Of a stretch of DNA of 64,000 bases, positions 1-11,710 are shown one piece after another (within the stretch, counting starts at the first letter, position 1; every line of letters begins with the position of its first letter). The notes under the pieces were generated by a model that was not told where the DNA came from, ran no database searches, and was given only the letters and a program-made list of their open reading frames with translations. The DNA is taken from assembly GCA_949299335.1 (NCBI GenBank), contig CASGAD010000031.1, positions 1,075 through 65,074 of the forward strand. Reading direction: 5' to 3'. The translations under genes were made by a program, and so were the position numbers. The stretch comes from an uncultured bacterium (GTDB lineage Bacteria > Bacillota_I > Bacilli_A > RFN20 > CAG-826).

Positions 1-1687
1 TTAAAGCAATTGAACAATCTGCTTGTCTTAAAGATAAAGTGTCATTTACACCATCCCCAATATATCCAACAGTTTCTCCTTTTTCTTCAAGTGTCTTGAT
101 AATTTCTTGCTTTTGATCTGGACTTGTTCTAGCAAAAATAGTGTATTCATTAGCAATTGATTTAATATCTTCTAGTTTTACATCTTCCATTGATATAGCA
201 TTTTCATAATCCTTAACTCCAGCACTTTTAGAAATTTCTTTAATAGTTGAAACATTATCTCCACTAATTATTTTAATTTTTACTCCTAGTCTAGAAAAGT
301 AATCAAGGGTTTCTTTTATGCCTGTTCTAAGCTCATCTTTAAGCAAAAATAGTGCAATTCCTTCGTTATTTTTTGTTAATGCAAGCACTCGGAACCCATC
401 TTTAGAGTATTTATCTACTAGTTCGATTGCCTTTTTATCTTTAATTATAAAATCAGGTGCTCCTAAAGAATATTCGTCTCCATTTTTAAAAATAACCTTT
501 GAACATTTCTTTTCACTACTAAAAGGTTCAATTGATTTATAGGTAATATTTGTTGTTACGCCAAAATATTTTTTTAAGGCAAATTGGGTAGAATTATCAT
601 CGTTAAACGCACCAAGATATTCTTTCATAATACTATCAATATCTTCTTCCTTTAACTTTATGACTTCATCAACAAAGAAATTTTGAGTTGTCAAAGTACC
701 TGTTTTATCTAAGCATAGCAAAGTTACTCGACTCAAGTTTTCAATAGCGTACAACTCTTGAACCATTGTTTTTTGTCTATATAACTTAATAATCGCTTCA
801 GACAAAGTAATTGAAGATAATAAAATCATGCCAATAGGTATCATCCCAACTAAAGTTGAGGCACTTTTTGTTATAACATCTAGTGTAAAAACCCAATGTC
901 TTCCATCGACACCGACATAATAAATTTTCAAGCCAACAAGAAAAACAGCCGGAAATAAAAATATTAAAAGATACTTAATAATCTTATATATATTAACCAT
1001 TAAAATAGACTTTTTCTTTTTTATAAGACTTACTTTACTTTCCAAACTAGAAATAAAAGTATCATTACCTACTTTATTTGCTAAAGCAACTGCATTCCCA
1101 GCTACAATAAAACTTCCAGATAAAATTTCTTCCCCAACACTCTTTTTTAATGCCTTGCTTTCACCAGTTAACATTGATTCATTAACATAGACTTCACCTT
1201 TTCTAATGATTAAATCACAAGGAACTTCGTTTCCGGTTTTTAAAATTACTAAATCATCTATTACTATATCTTTAACATTAATATTAATGGTTTCACCATT
1301 TCTTAAAACATTAGCTTTAGGATCGCTAATTAATTTCATTTTTTCGACGGTTCTTTTAGAAAGCTCTTGAGAAATTATTGAAGTTAAAGCATTACATAAA
1401 ATTACAAAAAGGAAACCATACTTAGTTATTGGAATAAATTTTAAACCATTAGGATAAAATAATTGGAACATTAAAAAGATAAATGCCAAAGCATATAAAA
1501 TTATATTAAAAAATGTGAAGAAACTAGAAAAAATAATGCTAAGATGAGACTTGCCCTTAACTTTTTTACTAACATTAACTAAGCCATGTTCTTTTCTTAG
1601 TTTTACTTCTTCTTCGTTTAAACCATACTCTAAATTAGGTTCAATTCTTTCAATTTTGCTTTTATTTTCCTTTTTAAATAGACCCAT
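1..1687 (-). CDS. Cation-transporting P-type ATPase (CtpE-like), 3' end runs off the window
   Basis: Not in ORF track (partial). Manual translation from ATG at 1687 (MGLFKKENKSKIERIEPNLEYGL...) shows TGES, LCLDKTGTL phosphorylation motif and GYIGDGVND hinge motif. Confidence 0.93.
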   Translation of the reverse strand, partial: MGLFKKENKSKIERIEPNLEYGLNEEEVKLRKEHGLVNVSKKVKGKSHLSIIFSSFFTFFNIILYALAFIFLMFQLFYPNGLKFIPITKYGFLFVILCNALTSIISQELSKRTVEKMKLISDPKANVLRNGETININVKDIVIDDLVILKTGNEVPCDLIIRKGEVYVNESMLTGESKALKKSVGEEILSGSFIVAGNAVALANKVGNDTFISSLESKVSLIKKKKSILMVNIYKIIKYLLIFLFPAVFLVGLKIYYVGVDGRHWVFTLDVITKSASTLVGMIPIGMILLSSITLSEAIIKLYRQKTMVQELYAIENLSRVTLLCLDKTGTLTTQNFFVDEVIKLKEEDIDSIMKEYLGAFNDDNSTQFALKKYFGVTTNITYKSIEPFSSEKKCSKVIFKNGDEYSLGAPDFIIKDKKAIELVDKYSKDGFRVLALTKNNEGIALFLLKDELRTGIKETLDYFSRLGVKIKIISGDNVSTIKEISKSAGVKDYENAISMEDVKLEDIKSIANEYTIFARTSPDQKQEIIKTLEEKGETVGYIGDGVNDTLSLRQADCSIAL

Positions 1688-1773
1688 ATATTTATTATAT
1701 AAGAAAGATGCTTTTTACTACAGTAATAAAATATATTATTTTTTAAATAAAAAAGCGCAAAACCTTAATTAAT

Positions 1774-3312
1774 TTAGTCTTGCGCATTTTCTCCTTTAAA
1801 ATAATCCCGATTTTCTTCATCAACAACACTAACTTCATTAATATTATTCCAATCAGATAAAATTGTAGCTTTAATGTTAGAGTAATGTTTAATTTCATCA
1901 ATTACTTGCTTTGTAAAAACCTCGCCAGGTACAATAATCGGAATTCCTGGAGGATAAATCATAATCATCTCTTTAGAAATTTTATTTAATGCGTCGTCCA
2001 AAGATGAAACCTTTAAAGGTGCATGGAAAGCAACTCTAGGTCTGATTTTCATAGTTGGGAAACCATCGATAAAATGCTTATTTTCTAAATAAGTAATGGA
2101 TGGATCATAATACATATCACTGATTTCTTTTAAAGTTTCAACTATACGGTCAACATCTTTTTGCTCACTTCCAATTGTAAATAAAAGTAAGAAAACGTAA
2201 GTTTCAGCAAGTTCAATTTGAACTTTATACTTATCCTTTAAAAGTTTATATAATTCAAATCCACTGATTGATAATTTATCTATTTCAACACAAAGTTTTG
2301 TTTCGTCATAACTATATGCATCACAATTAGAAACAAAGTAATCTTTAGAATGAGCTATAAAGCCAGGGATTTTATTAATTCTTTCTTTAGCTTGTCTAGC
2401 TAATTTAATAGCATTATAAATATATCTACTGCCCTTAAATACCAAAAATTTTCTAGCAGCGTCTAAACTTGCTAGCAAAATCGAACTTGGTGAAGTTGTT
2501 GTAATCAAATTAAAAGACTTGTTTACTTCATACATTGAGATTCTTTCGCCTTTTAATAAAAGAACTGATGATTGAGTTAAACTTCCTCCAGTTTTATGAA
2601 TTGATAAAGTAGCCATATCAGCTCCTGCATCCATTGCAGTAATTGGTAACTTATTAGAAAAATAAAAGTGGGTACCATGAGCCTCATCTACTAATACTGA
2701 GATATTATGTAAATGAGCATATCTAACTACTTTTTTTAAATCACATGTAGCACCAAAATATGTTGGATTAATAATAAATATTGCTTTAGCATCGGGATTT
2801 TCATCAATTGCTTTTTTCCATTCTTTGTAAGTTGGTTGATTAACAATTTCAGTAGCTTTATCGACTTCAGGCATTATAAAAACAGGCTTAGCACCACTTA
2901 AAATTAATGCATTTATCGCACTTTTATGAACATTTCTAGGCATTATGATTTTTTCATTAGCTTTAACAGCTGACATAATCATAATTAAATTTCCACTAGT
3001 TGACCCATTAACTAAGAACTTACAAAAATCTGCATGACATGCTTTAGCAAATATTTCTTGAGCTTCTTTAATTGCACCGGTAGGATGTAATAAATTATCC
3101 ATACCTCTAGGACAATTAACATCATTTTTATAAACAATATGACCAAAAATATGATCAAAATCTGTACGTATTTTTCCTTGGTGATGACCTGGAACATCAA
3201 ATACAGTCGTTTGTTCTTTTAAATACTTCGAATAGGCATCAAGATATGGTGTCTCTCTTTGTTCGTTTTTCTCTTTTATAGTCATACTTTTATCAATGTT
3301 TATTATATACAT
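1774..3312 (-). CDS. PLP-dependent Orn/Lys/Arg decarboxylase (SpeA/YaaO-like); true start possibly a few codons downstream
   Basis: FDVPGH, NGSTSG, PRNVHKS, DEAHG, SIHKT (PLP lysine), YPPGIP motifs. Confidence 0.9.
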   Translation of the reverse strand: MYIINIDKSMTIKEKNEQRETPYLDAYSKYLKEQTTVFDVPGHHQGKIRTDFDHIFGHIVYKNDVNCPRGMDNLLHPTGAIKEAQEIFAKACHADFCKFLVNGSTSGNLIMIMSAVKANEKIIMPRNVHKSAINALILSGAKPVFIMPEVDKATEIVNQPTYKEWKKAIDENPDAKAIFIINPTYFGATCDLKKVVRYAHLHNISVLVDEAHGTHFYFSNKLPITAMDAGADMATLSIHKTGGSLTQSSVLLLKGERISMYEVNKSFNLITTTSPSSILLASLDAARKFLVFKGSRYIYNAIKLARQAKERINKIPGFIAHSKDYFVSNCDAYSYDETKLCVEIDKLSISGFELYKLLKDKYKVQIELAETYVFLLLFTIGSEQKDVDRIVETLKEISDMYYDPSITYLENKHFIDGFPTMKIRPRVAFHAPLKVSSLDDALNKISKEMIMIYPPGIPIIVPGEVFTKQVIDEIKHYSNIKATILSDWNNINEVSVVDEENRDYFKGENAQD

Positions 3313-3388
3313 TTAAATTGAAAATAAAATATTCTTTTATCAAAAATAATAATATTGATATACAAAGATAACGAGTTAAAATTATTGT

Positions 3389-3844
3389 ATGAAAATTTTA
3401 GTGTGTAGCGATAGTCATGGAGATTATTTCTCTTTAAATGACATAGTCTTTAAAAATTACGATTGTGACTATTTTTTTCATCTTGGAGATAGTGGATTGC
3501 CTGAGTACTTATTAAGCAATTTTTCAGGGGTCAAAGGCAACTGTGATTTTAATGATTTGCCAAAAATTAGAGAAATCGAAATTGAAGGATTAAAGATTCA
3601 TCTAGAGCATGGTGATTCATTTCATTTTATGACTAATCCAACTAAATATGTCGAATCGTTAGATTGTGATATCTTTTTATTTGGTCATACACATAAAAAA
3701 TTATCAGAAAAAATAAATAACAAATACATCTTTAATCCAGGCAGCCTAACTAGACCTAGAGATGGCGATAAAGGTAGTTATTTAATTATTGAGATTAAAG
3801 ATAAAAAAGTTTTGTCATATAAATTTGTCGAGGTAAAAGAATGA
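3389..3844 (+). CDS. Metallophosphoesterase (YfcE/YsnB/MJ0936 family)
   Basis: SDSHG, HLGD, GNCD, HG, GHTH, NPGS motifs. Confidence 0.92.
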   Translation: MKILVCSDSHGDYFSLNDIVFKNYDCDYFFHLGDSGLPEYLLSNFSGVKGNCDFNDLPKIREIEIEGLKIHLEHGDSFHFMTNPTKYVESLDCDIFLFGHTHKKLSEKINNKYIFNPGSLTRPRDGDKGSYLIIEIKDKKVLSYKFVEVKE

Positions 3845-4410
3845 ATAGAAAGCAAATTAAAGAAGCTCAAGAAAAAATGCTTAGTAATTTTTTCACAATC
3901 AAAGATGATGTAGCCACTTTTGATGTTAATTATAAAAAGATTGATGATATATTAGATCCAAATTTTAAAGGTCAAAAAAAGCCTATTATTTATGGTAACT
4001 TTTTTGAAGATATGAAGCGTTACACTTCTTTGCTTCCTAAAAAATATAAAATAGAAATGAATATAAATATTGAGGATTTACAGGGCTATTCATTAAAAGA
4101 TGTAGAAGAAATCGTTTTCGATAACAAAAATCTATTCTTTATAAAACGCCATCAAACTAAAAAGAATAAAGCCGTTTCATCTATAATTATGCTTATTTTA
4201 GGAACAATCTTCTTCTCTCTTTATTCAATAGGTATTAAATTTGAATGGGAACAAATTTTAAATGAGTTTGTTTATATCGCTTGTTGGGTCTTTTATTGGG
4301 AAGCAGTTAGCATTGTCTTTTTAGAAATATTTGGTGAAGATGCCAAACTAAAACAATTTATTAACCGTATTAATAAAATTAATATTACAAATAATAAAGT
4401 TAATGACTAA
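3841..4410 (+). CDS. Hypothetical membrane protein (two C-terminal TM helices)
   Basis: 189-aa ORF overlapping the previous stop (ATGA); hydrophobic C-terminal segments, WVFYWEAV motif. Confidence 0.75.
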   Translation: MNRKQIKEAQEKMLSNFFTIKDDVATFDVNYKKIDDILDPNFKGQKKPIIYGNFFEDMKRYTSLLPKKYKIEMNINIEDLQGYSLKDVEEIVFDNKNLFFIKRHQTKKNKAVSSIIMLILGTIFFSLYSIGIKFEWEQILNEFVYIACWVFYWEAVSIVFLEIFGEDAKLKQFINRINKINITNNKVND

Positions 4411-5592
4411 TTAATTTAAAACTTTTTTATGGGCTCTATATGCACTAGCTATAGCAAACATAATATTATAGCCACCACAAAGTCCATCAGCATCTAAAAC
4501 TTCTCCTATAAAGAAGACATTCTTTTCAGTTTTAGATTCAAGATTTTCATCTACATCACTAAATTTAATTCCACCAATAGAGACTTGTGAATCATTAAAT
4601 CCATACGATTCTTTATAAGTAAATTCAATATTCTTTAAATAAAGTGCTAATTTTCTTATTTCACTTGGTGTGAAAATGTATAAATTTTTCATTCCAGAAC
4701 TCTTTCTAAGGAATTCTGCGATTTCTTTAGTAAACATACCTGTTAATAAAGACTTTTGGCTAATTACATTAAGTGCAGTTAGTTCTTTATATAATTCATC
4801 AGTAGATTTTTCAGGGAATAAATCAAGTCTAATAATTGCTTTTTTAAATTTTGGACTTCTAGCAAGGATTGATGAAGCGTTAAAAATTGCAATCCCACTT
4901 AGACCATCTTTTTTAAAAAGTACTTCACCATTTTCTTCATAGACTGTTTTTTTATCAATTATTAAAGAGACATTGCATTTAACTCTTTGATTTTCAACCG
5001 TTCTAACATTTTCTTCTACTCTAATTGGACATAATCCTGGCTTAGAATCAATAACATGATAACCTTTTTTAGTAAGCAAAGATAAAACCGAAGTTGATCC
5101 TCCTAGTTGAGGATAGCTTCCATTACCTGAAGCAATTACGAACTTATCAAAACTAAAGTTTTTCTTACTAGTAACAACTTTGACTTTATCGCCAAACATT
5201 TCATAGTTTAATAAGCTTTCATTATTAACAAATTTAATTTTTCTTTGTTTAGCATATTCAACTAAATAATCAACAAAGCTTTTTGCACTTAAAGAATATG
5301 GATAAATTAAATTTCCAATTTCTCTAGTAAGTAAACCTATATTTTCTAGTAATTCTACTTGTTTAGTTACATCAAATTCCTCAACAATTGCTTTTGCTTC
5401 TTCACAATTATACGAATTATCTTCAATTACTTTATTGCCTAAATTACAACGTCCATTTCCTGTTGCTAGTAATTTTCTTCCTGGATTCGCATTTTTGTCG
5501 ATAATTGTAACGTCAATTGATTCATCTTCATACTTGAGCATCAAAGCAAGAAATATTCCTGATGCCCCTTGTCCTAAAATTCCTACTTTCAT
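4411..5592 (-). CDS. HI0933/BaiN-family flavoprotein (NAD(P)/FAD-dependent oxidoreductase)
   Basis: GQGASG dinucleotide fold, GRKLLATGNGRCN, GEVLDADGLCGGYN; start moved to ATG at 5592 behind AGGTG SD. Confidence 0.92.
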   Translation of the reverse strand: MKVGILGQGASGIFLALMLKYEDESIDVTIIDKNANPGRKLLATGNGRCNLGNKVIEDNSYNCEEAKAIVEEFDVTKQVELLENIGLLTREIGNLIYPYSLSAKSFVDYLVEYAKQRKIKFVNNESLLNYEMFGDKVKVVTSKKNFSFDKFVIASGNGSYPQLGGSTSVLSLLTKKGYHVIDSKPGLCPIRVEENVRTVENQRVKCNVSLIIDKKTVYEENGEVLFKKDGLSGIAIFNASSILARSPKFKKAIIRLDLFPEKSTDELYKELTALNVISQKSLLTGMFTKEIAEFLRKSSGMKNLYIFTPSEIRKLALYLKNIEFTYKESYGFNDSQVSIGGIKFSDVDENLESKTEKNVFFIGEVLDADGLCGGYNIMFAIASAYRAHKKVLN

Positions 5593-5649
5593 AATATGCA
5601 CCTTATTTCTTTAATTTTATCATAAATTTTAATATAATGTGTAAATTGT

Positions 5650-6483
5650 ATGATATACGCAATACTTTTTAGTCTTCTAGGCACTATATTTGGCACTTTA
5701 TTAGGTGCTCTTTTTGGTTGTTTCTTCAAATCAATCAATAAAGAAGCTACAAGTTTTTTAACTAGTTTTTCGGTCGGCTCTTTACTCTCACTAACTTTTA
5801 TTGACTTATTTCCAGAGTCCATCGAATTAATGACTGAAACAACCAATAATGAATTTTTATCGACTTTATATGTATTGCTAATAGTTATGTTTGCTGGACT
5901 CTTATTTTACTTTTTACACGAGTGTTTACATCTATTAACTCACCATCATTCTAAAGACCATAGCGATGAAGATACTTGCAAGGATCATGCACATTCAGTC
6001 GAAGTTTTTAATGAAAAATATTTTGCTTTTGCAAGTTTTATTTTTTTTATTGCCATTTCAATTCATAATATTCCAGAAGGTTTAACTCTAGGAATATCTT
6101 TTTCCAAAGAAGTAAATAATGTCCCTCTAAATGGTATTTTAACTAGTGTTGTCTTATTAATTCATAATTTTATTATCGGATTTACTCTTTTTAATTCTTT
6201 TTATAGCCATCAAAAGACTAAATCTTTTTCTTTCATGATGACTTTAATAAGTTCTTTACCTGCCTTTATTTTTGCTTTAATAGGCTACTTTATTACTACA
6301 TTTACAATTAGTGATCTTTACTCAAGCATTTTATTTGCCGTTTCTACTGGAAGCTTATTATATGTTATCTTTATTGAGATGATACCTAGTGCATTTAAAG
6401 AATATAAATCAAAATATACATTTATTTATATACTTGTTGGTATAGTTGCTTTTACTTTACTTCTTGCGATTGGAGGACATTAA
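5650..6483 (+). CDS. ZIP-family (ZupT/GufA) metal transporter
   Basis: Multiple TM helices, His-rich loop (HHHSKDH...HAH), HNIPEG motif. Confidence 0.9.
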   Translation: MIYAILFSLLGTIFGTLLGALFGCFFKSINKEATSFLTSFSVGSLLSLTFIDLFPESIELMTETTNNEFLSTLYVLLIVMFAGLLFYFLHECLHLLTHHHSKDHSDEDTCKDHAHSVEVFNEKYFAFASFIFFIAISIHNIPEGLTLGISFSKEVNNVPLNGILTSVVLLIHNFIIGFTLFNSFYSHQKTKSFSFMMTLISSLPAFIFALIGYFITTFTISDLYSSILFAVSTGSLLYVIFIEMIPSAFKEYKSKYTFIYILVGIVAFTLLLAIGGH

Positions 6484-6485
6484 AT

Positions 6486-7172
6486 ATGAGTAAAAAGATT
6501 GGACTAGTTGTTGCAACAGAAACTGAATTTAACACAATATTTTTTAAGAAAGATTTATCTTATAAAACATTGATAGAAGCGCCTTTTTTAGTTAAAGAAG
6601 TTTTGGTTAACAATAGAACAATTATTGTAATTAATTCAGGCATAGGGGAAATTAATTCTGCTATGGCTACTCAATATTTACTTGACCATTACGAAGTTGA
6701 ATGTGTTTTAAATTATGGAGTTGTTGGTTCATTATCAGATAAAATACCTTTAAATTGCGTGGTTTTTATTGAAAAAATATTTGATTATCAATTTGATTTG
6801 ACTGCAATCGATAAAGTTCCATTAGGTTATCATAAAGAATTTGACTCAACTTATGTTCCTATTGAAAGCGAACTGTTCACTAAAATTAAAAATTCCTTTA
6901 CTAATATTCCTGCTGTCAATTGTGCCTCTAGTAACAAATTTATTGGTGAAATAAAAGAAAAAGAAAAACTACATAATAAATATCATTGTCATATTTGCGA
7001 AATGGAAGCATTAGGAATCGCTTTAACGTGTCACAAAAATAATAAACCGGTAGTATTTATTAAAGGAGTTAGCGATACAAAAAATGGCGGACCTGAAGAA
7101 TATAATAAAATGGTCAGTATATCTTCAAATTTCACATTTGATGTTCTATTAAAAGTATTAACATTAATTTAG
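6486..7172 (+). CDS. mtnN: 5'-methylthioadenosine/S-adenosylhomocysteine nucleosidase
   Basis: SGIGEIN, NYGVVG, CEMEA, KGVSD motifs of PNP/UDP phosphorylase fold. Confidence 0.85.
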   Translation: MSKKIGLVVATETEFNTIFFKKDLSYKTLIEAPFLVKEVLVNNRTIIVINSGIGEINSAMATQYLLDHYEVECVLNYGVVGSLSDKIPLNCVVFIEKIFDYQFDLTAIDKVPLGYHKEFDSTYVPIESELFTKIKNSFTNIPAVNCASSNKFIGEIKEKEKLHNKYHCHICEMEALGIALTCHKNNKPVVFIKGVSDTKNGGPEEYNKMVSISSNFTFDVLLKVLTLI

Positions 7173-7218
7173 CGAAGTTCTTATCTTATTAAAATTTTTA
7201 TACTCTTTAATTAGGCAT

Positions 7219-7250
7219 AAAAAAGGTGGTCCCAACCGGATCACCTTTAT
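7219..7250. terminator. Bidirectional intrinsic terminator between convergent mtnN and tuf
   Basis: AAAGGTGGTCC-caacc-GGATCACCTTT hairpin flanked by A/T tracts. Confidence 0.8.
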
Positions 7251-7267
7251 TTATAAGTATATTTAAA

Positions 7268-8452
7268 TTACTTAATGATTTCGCTAACTGTACCAGCACC
7301 AACGGTTCTTCCGCCTTCACGGATTGAGAACTTAGTACCTTTTTCAATTGCGACTGCGTGGATTAATTCAACTGTGAATGAAACGTTATCACCTGGCATA
7401 ACCATTTCTGTTCCTGCTGGAAGAGTAATTGTTCCAGTAATATCTGTTGTGTGGAAGTAGAATTGTGGTCTGTAGTTGCTTAAGAATGCAGTATGTCTAC
7501 CACCTTCTTCTTTGGTGAGGATGTAACATTGACATGTGAATTTTGAATGTGGTGTGATTGAACCTGGTTTTGCTAAGACTTGTCCTCTAACGACTTGATC
7601 TCTTGCAACACCTCTTAAAAGGATACCTGCGTTATCACCTGCTTCAGCGAAGTCAAGTGTTTTTCTGAACATTTCAATACCAGTAACGACTGAGGAAATT
7701 GTTGGTCTAATACCGACGATTTCAACAGCATCGTTTAATTTAACAGTACCTCTTTCAACTCTACCAGTGACGACTGTACCACGACCTGTAATTGTGATGA
7801 CGTCTTCGATTGGCATTAAGAATGGTTTATCTGTATCTCTTACTGGATCTGGGAAATATGAATCAACAGCATCCATTAATTCTAAGATGCTCTTTTCAGC
7901 TTCTGCATCACCATCGAGAGCTTTTCTAGCACTACCTCTGATGATTGGGATTTCATCACCTGGGAATCCGTATTTGCTTAATAAGTCTCTGACATCCATT
8001 TCGACTAAGTCGATTAATTCTGGGTCATCAACTAAATCACATTTATTTAAGAATACACAGATGTAAGGAACACCAACTTGTCTAGCAAGTAAGATGTGTT
8101 CTCTAGTTTGTGGCATAACACCATCAGTTGCAGCAACAACGAGGATAGCACCATCCATTTGAGCAGCACCAGTAATCATGTTCTTGACATAGTCTGCGTG
8201 CCCTGGACAGTCAACGTGTGCATAGTGTCTTTTTGCTGTTTGGTACTCGATGTGAGCTGTATTAATTGTAATACCTCTTGCTTTTTCTTCTGGAGCAGCA
8301 TCAATTTGGTTATAATCCATTGATTTTGCCATACCAGTCTTTGAAAGGACGTGTGTGATAGCAGCTGTTAAGGTTGTTTTACCATGGTCAACGTGGCCGA
8401 TGGTACCAATGTTCATATGGACCTTACTTCTATCAAATTTTTCTTTTGCCAT
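7268..8452 (-). CDS. tuf: Elongation factor Tu
   Basis: [25 protein letters not shown]; canonical 394 aa. Confidence 0.99.
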   Translation of the reverse strand: MAKEKFDRSKVHMNIGTIGHVDHGKTTLTAAITHVLSKTGMAKSMDYNQIDAAPEEKARGITINTAHIEYQTAKRHYAHVDCPGHADYVKNMITGAAQMDGAILVVAATDGVMPQTREHILLARQVGVPYICVFLNKCDLVDDPELIDLVEMDVRDLLSKYGFPGDEIPIIRGSARKALDGDAEAEKSILELMDAVDSYFPDPVRDTDKPFLMPIEDVITITGRGTVVTGRVERGTVKLNDAVEIVGIRPTISSVVTGIEMFRKTLDFAEAGDNAGILLRGVARDQVVRGQVLAKPGSITPHSKFTCQCYILTKEEGGRHTAFLSNYRPQFYFHTTDITGTITLPAGTEMVMPGDNVSFTVELIHAVAIEKGTKFSIREGGRTVGAGTVSEIIK

Positions 8453-8500
8453 AAGTAACTTTTTTCCTCCTACTTAATAAATAGCATTTGCAATAAGTAA

Positions 8501-8529
8501 ATTTTACTTAATTTTTGTTTTATAATCAA
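8501..8529 (-). promoter_or_regulatory. Internal sigma70-type promoter for tuf
   Basis: TTGATT-17 bp-TAAAAT on minus strand in the fusA-tuf spacer. Confidence 0.6.
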
Positions 8530-8556
8530 TATTTATCTATCTAGATAAATACACGA

Positions 8557-10629
8557 TTAACGATTGGACATGCCACTCTTTTTGACAATTTCTTCTTGAA
8601 TGAATTTTGGACATTCTCCGAAATGATCAAATTCCATTGAGTAGCTTCCTCTACCTTGAGTAAATGAACGTAAATCTGTGACGTAACCAAACATTTCTGA
8701 TAATGGTACTTCAGCTTCAACGATTTTCGCATTTCCTCTTTGACTTTCACCAGTCATATTTCCTCTTCTACGAGAAATATCACCGATAACATCGCCATAA
8801 TAATTTTCTGGGACTGTAACTTCAACCTTCATAATAGGTTCAAGAATTACAGGATCACACTTTTTAGCAGCTTCTTTAAGTGCCATACTTGCAGCAATCT
8901 TATAAGCGGCTTCACTACTATCAACATCATGGTAAGAACCATCATGTAATGTAGCTTTAATATCAATTACTGGATATCCAGCAATTAAACCTCTTTGTAA
9001 AGCATCAGCTAAACCATCTTGGGTAGGTTTAATATATTCCTTAGGAACTGTACCACCAACAATAGCGTTGACGAATTCAAATCCTTTTCCTGGATTTGGT
9101 TCAAAGTCGATAACGACGTGACCATATTGTCCTCTACCACCAGATTGTTTAATGTATTTACCTTCACAATCTCCTTCTTTTCTGATTGTTTCACGGTAAC
9201 CAACTTGAGGTTTACCAACATTAACTGAAACGTTGAATTCTCTTCTTAATCTATCAACAATAATGTCTAAGTGAAGTTCACCAACACCAGCGATAATTGT
9301 TTGACCACTATCTTCACTTGTGTGAACTTTAAAGGTTGGGTCTTCTTCAGCAAGTTTAGCTAAAGCTAATGACATTCTTTCTTGATCTGCTTTAGTTTTT
9401 GGTTCAACAGCTTCTTCGATAACTGGTTCTGGGAATTCCATCTTCTCTAATGTAACTTCAATTGATTCATCACAAATAGTTTCACCAGTAGTTGTATTTT
9501 TTAAACCGATAATTGCACCAATTTCACCAGCGTGAAGTGCTTCTACTTCTTGTCTATGATTTGAATGCATTAAGACTAAACGTCCGATTCTTTCTTTTGC
9601 ATTCTTATTTGAATTTAAGACATAGCTACCAGCTTTTAAGATACCACTATAGACTCTGACATAAGCTAATCTTCCAACGAATGGGTCTGTTGCAATTTTG
9701 AATACAAGACCGACCATCTTTTCGTCATCACTTGGCTTACAGAAGAATTCTGAACCATCTGGTAAAGTACCTTTTGCTGGAGGTATATCAAGTGGTGAAG
9801 GTAAGTAATCAATAACGCCATCAAGGAGTAATTGAATACCTTTGTTTTTATATGCTGATCCACAGAAAACAGGGTGGAATTCACCTGAAATTGTAGCTTT
9901 TCTAATGACAGCTTTAATTTCTTCGACACTTGGAGTTTCACCTTCAAGGACTTTCATACAGAAATCATCATCAAATCCAGCTAAATCTTCGATTAAATCA
10001 GCTCTTAAAGCTTCACATTTTTCACGATATTCTTCTGGAATATCAATGAGTTTAGGATTTTTGACATCTGCATAATCCCAAGCTTCCATTTTAACTAAAT
10101 CGATAACACCGGATAATGTGTTAGAAATTCCGATTGGGTATTGAACTGGTCTTGCATTTGCACCAAGTTTTTCTTTAATTGAATGCCAGCTCATATCAAA
10201 GTCAGCACCAATTGCATCTAATTTATTAACAAACACGATTCTTGGAACACCATATTTTGTTCCTTGTCTCCAAACTGTTTCAGTTTGTGGTTCAACACCA
10301 TTTTTTCCATCAAGAACTGTAACAGCACCATCAAGAACTCTTAAAGAACGTTCAACTTCAACTGTAAAGTCGACGTGCCCAGGAGTGTCGATGATATTGA
10401 ATCTATTTTCCTTCCAAAAGCAAGTTGTTGCAGCACTAGTAATAGTGATACCTCTTTCTTGCTCTTGAGCCATCCAGTCCATTGTTGCAGCACCTTCGTG
10501 AACTTCACCAATCTTATGAATTTTGTTTGTGAAGAACAAGATACGTTCTGTTGTTGTGGTTTTACCGGCATCAATGTGAGCCATGATACCAATGTTACGA
10601 GTATGTTCTAAATCGTATTCTCTAGCCAT
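8557..10629 (-). CDS. fusA: Elongation factor G
   Basis: [30 protein letters not shown]; follows rpsG. Confidence 0.99.
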   Translation of the reverse strand: MAREYDLEHTRNIGIMAHIDAGKTTTTERILFFTNKIHKIGEVHEGAATMDWMAQEQERGITITSAATTCFWKENRFNIIDTPGHVDFTVEVERSLRVLDGAVTVLDGKNGVEPQTETVWRQGTKYGVPRIVFVNKLDAIGADFDMSWHSIKEKLGANARPVQYPIGISNTLSGVIDLVKMEAWDYADVKNPKLIDIPEEYREKCEALRADLIEDLAGFDDDFCMKVLEGETPSVEEIKAVIRKATISGEFHPVFCGSAYKNKGIQLLLDGVIDYLPSPLDIPPAKGTLPDGSEFFCKPSDDEKMVGLVFKIATDPFVGRLAYVRVYSGILKAGSYVLNSNKNAKERIGRLVLMHSNHRQEVEALHAGEIGAIIGLKNTTTGETICDESIEVTLEKMEFPEPVIEEAVEPKTKADQERMSLALAKLAEEDPTFKVHTSEDSGQTIIAGVGELHLDIIVDRLRREFNVSVNVGKPQVGYRETIRKEGDCEGKYIKQSGGRGQYGHVVIDFEPNPGKGFEFVNAIVGGTVPKEYIKPTQDGLADALQRGLIAGYPVIDIKATLHDGSYHDVDSSEAAYKIAASMALKEAAKKCDPVILEPIMKVEVTVPENYYGDVIGDISRRRGNMTGESQRGNAKIVEAEVPLSEMFGYVTDLRSFTQGRGSYSMEFDHFGECPKFIQEEIVKKSGMSNR

Positions 10630-10643
10630 AAATTGCTCCTAAA

Positions 10644-11114
10644 TTACCATTTATAATGAGCGTAAGCTTTATTAGCTTCAGCCATCTTATGAACGTCTTC
10701 TCTCTTCTTAACACTAGCACCTGTTCCATTAGCTGCATCGATGATTTCGTTACAAAGTTTTTCTTCCATTGATTTTTCTTTTCTTAATCTGGAATAGTTA
10801 ACTAACCATCTTAATCCTAAAGTAACTCTTCTTTCTTTTGAGACTTCAGTAGGAACTTGATAGTTTGCAGCGCCAATTCTTTTAGCCTTTAATTCGACTT
10901 CTGGCATAATGTTATTAATTGCTGTAGCAAAAACGTCCATTGCTGGTTTTTGAGTTTTAGCTTCAATTCTCTTGAAAGCATCGTATAAAATTGTTTGGGC
11001 TGTACCTTTTTTACCATCTAACATAATTTTGTTAATTAATCTTGTAACTAACTTTGAATTATAAATTGGATCTGGTAAAACATCTCTTTTTGTTACATTA
11101 CCTTTTCTTGGCAT
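10644..11114 (-). CDS. rpsG: 30S ribosomal protein S7
   Basis: MPRKG...[20 protein letters not shown]; str operon. Confidence 0.99.
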   Translation of the reverse strand: MPRKGNVTKRDVLPDPIYNSKLVTRLINKIMLDGKKGTAQTILYDAFKRIEAKTQKPAMDVFATAINNIMPEVELKAKRIGAANYQVPTEVSKERRVTLGLRWLVNYSRLRKEKSMEEKLCNEIIDAANGTGASVKKREDVHKMAEANKAYAHYKW

Positions 11115-11127
11115 CGTCTATCCCTCC

Positions 11128-11550
11128 CTATTCACTCTTTTCTTTTGGTTTCTTAGTACCATATAAGGATCTACCTTGTCTACGTGATTCAATACCAGCG
11201 CAGTCTAAGCATCCTCTGATAATATGATATCTAACACCTGGAAGGTCCTTGACTCTTCCGCCACGAATCATAACTGTTGAGTGTTCTTGTAAGTTATGTC
11301 CTTCTCCACCGATATAAGCTGTAACTTCATATCCGTTAGAGAGCTTAACTCTAGCGTATTTTCTTAAAGCTGAGTTAGGTTTTTTAGGGGTCATTGTACC
11401 AACACGGGTGCAAACTCCTCTTTTTTGAGCACTATTTTGGTTTGTTTCTTTTTTATTTAAAGAGTCAAATCTTTTTAATAATGCTGGTGATTTTGATTTG
11501 AAAACAGTTTTTGTTCTGCCTTGTCTAACTAATTGATTAATAGTTGGCAT
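11128..11550 (-). CDS. rpsL: 30S ribosomal protein S12
   Basis: MPTINQLVR start (ATG 11550 after GGAGG SD), [22 protein letters not shown]. Confidence 0.99.
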   Translation of the reverse strand: MPTINQLVRQGRTKTVFKSKSPALLKRFDSLNKKETNQNSAQKRGVCTRVGTMTPKKPNSALRKYARVKLSNGYEVTAYIGGEGHNLQEHSTVMIRGGRVKDLPGVRYHIIRGCLDCAGIESRRQGRSLYGTKKPKEKSE

Positions 11551-11710
11551 TTTCTTCCTCCCTTTTATACACACAATACCTGGTGTATCATCACATTTAC
11601 TAAAAAATAAAAACTTTTCAGTCGCTCCGTTATTTTTTCATAATTATAAATGGTTGTCAAGAGAATTTTTACACACCAGGAAATGTGTGAATAAGCGCAC
11701 TCTAAAAAGA

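Noticed and set aside
8494-8510. 17-bp palindrome TAAGTAAA-T-TTTACTTA over the tuf -10 box
   Set aside because: It is almost all A/T and a single occurrence, so it cannot be distinguished from chance.
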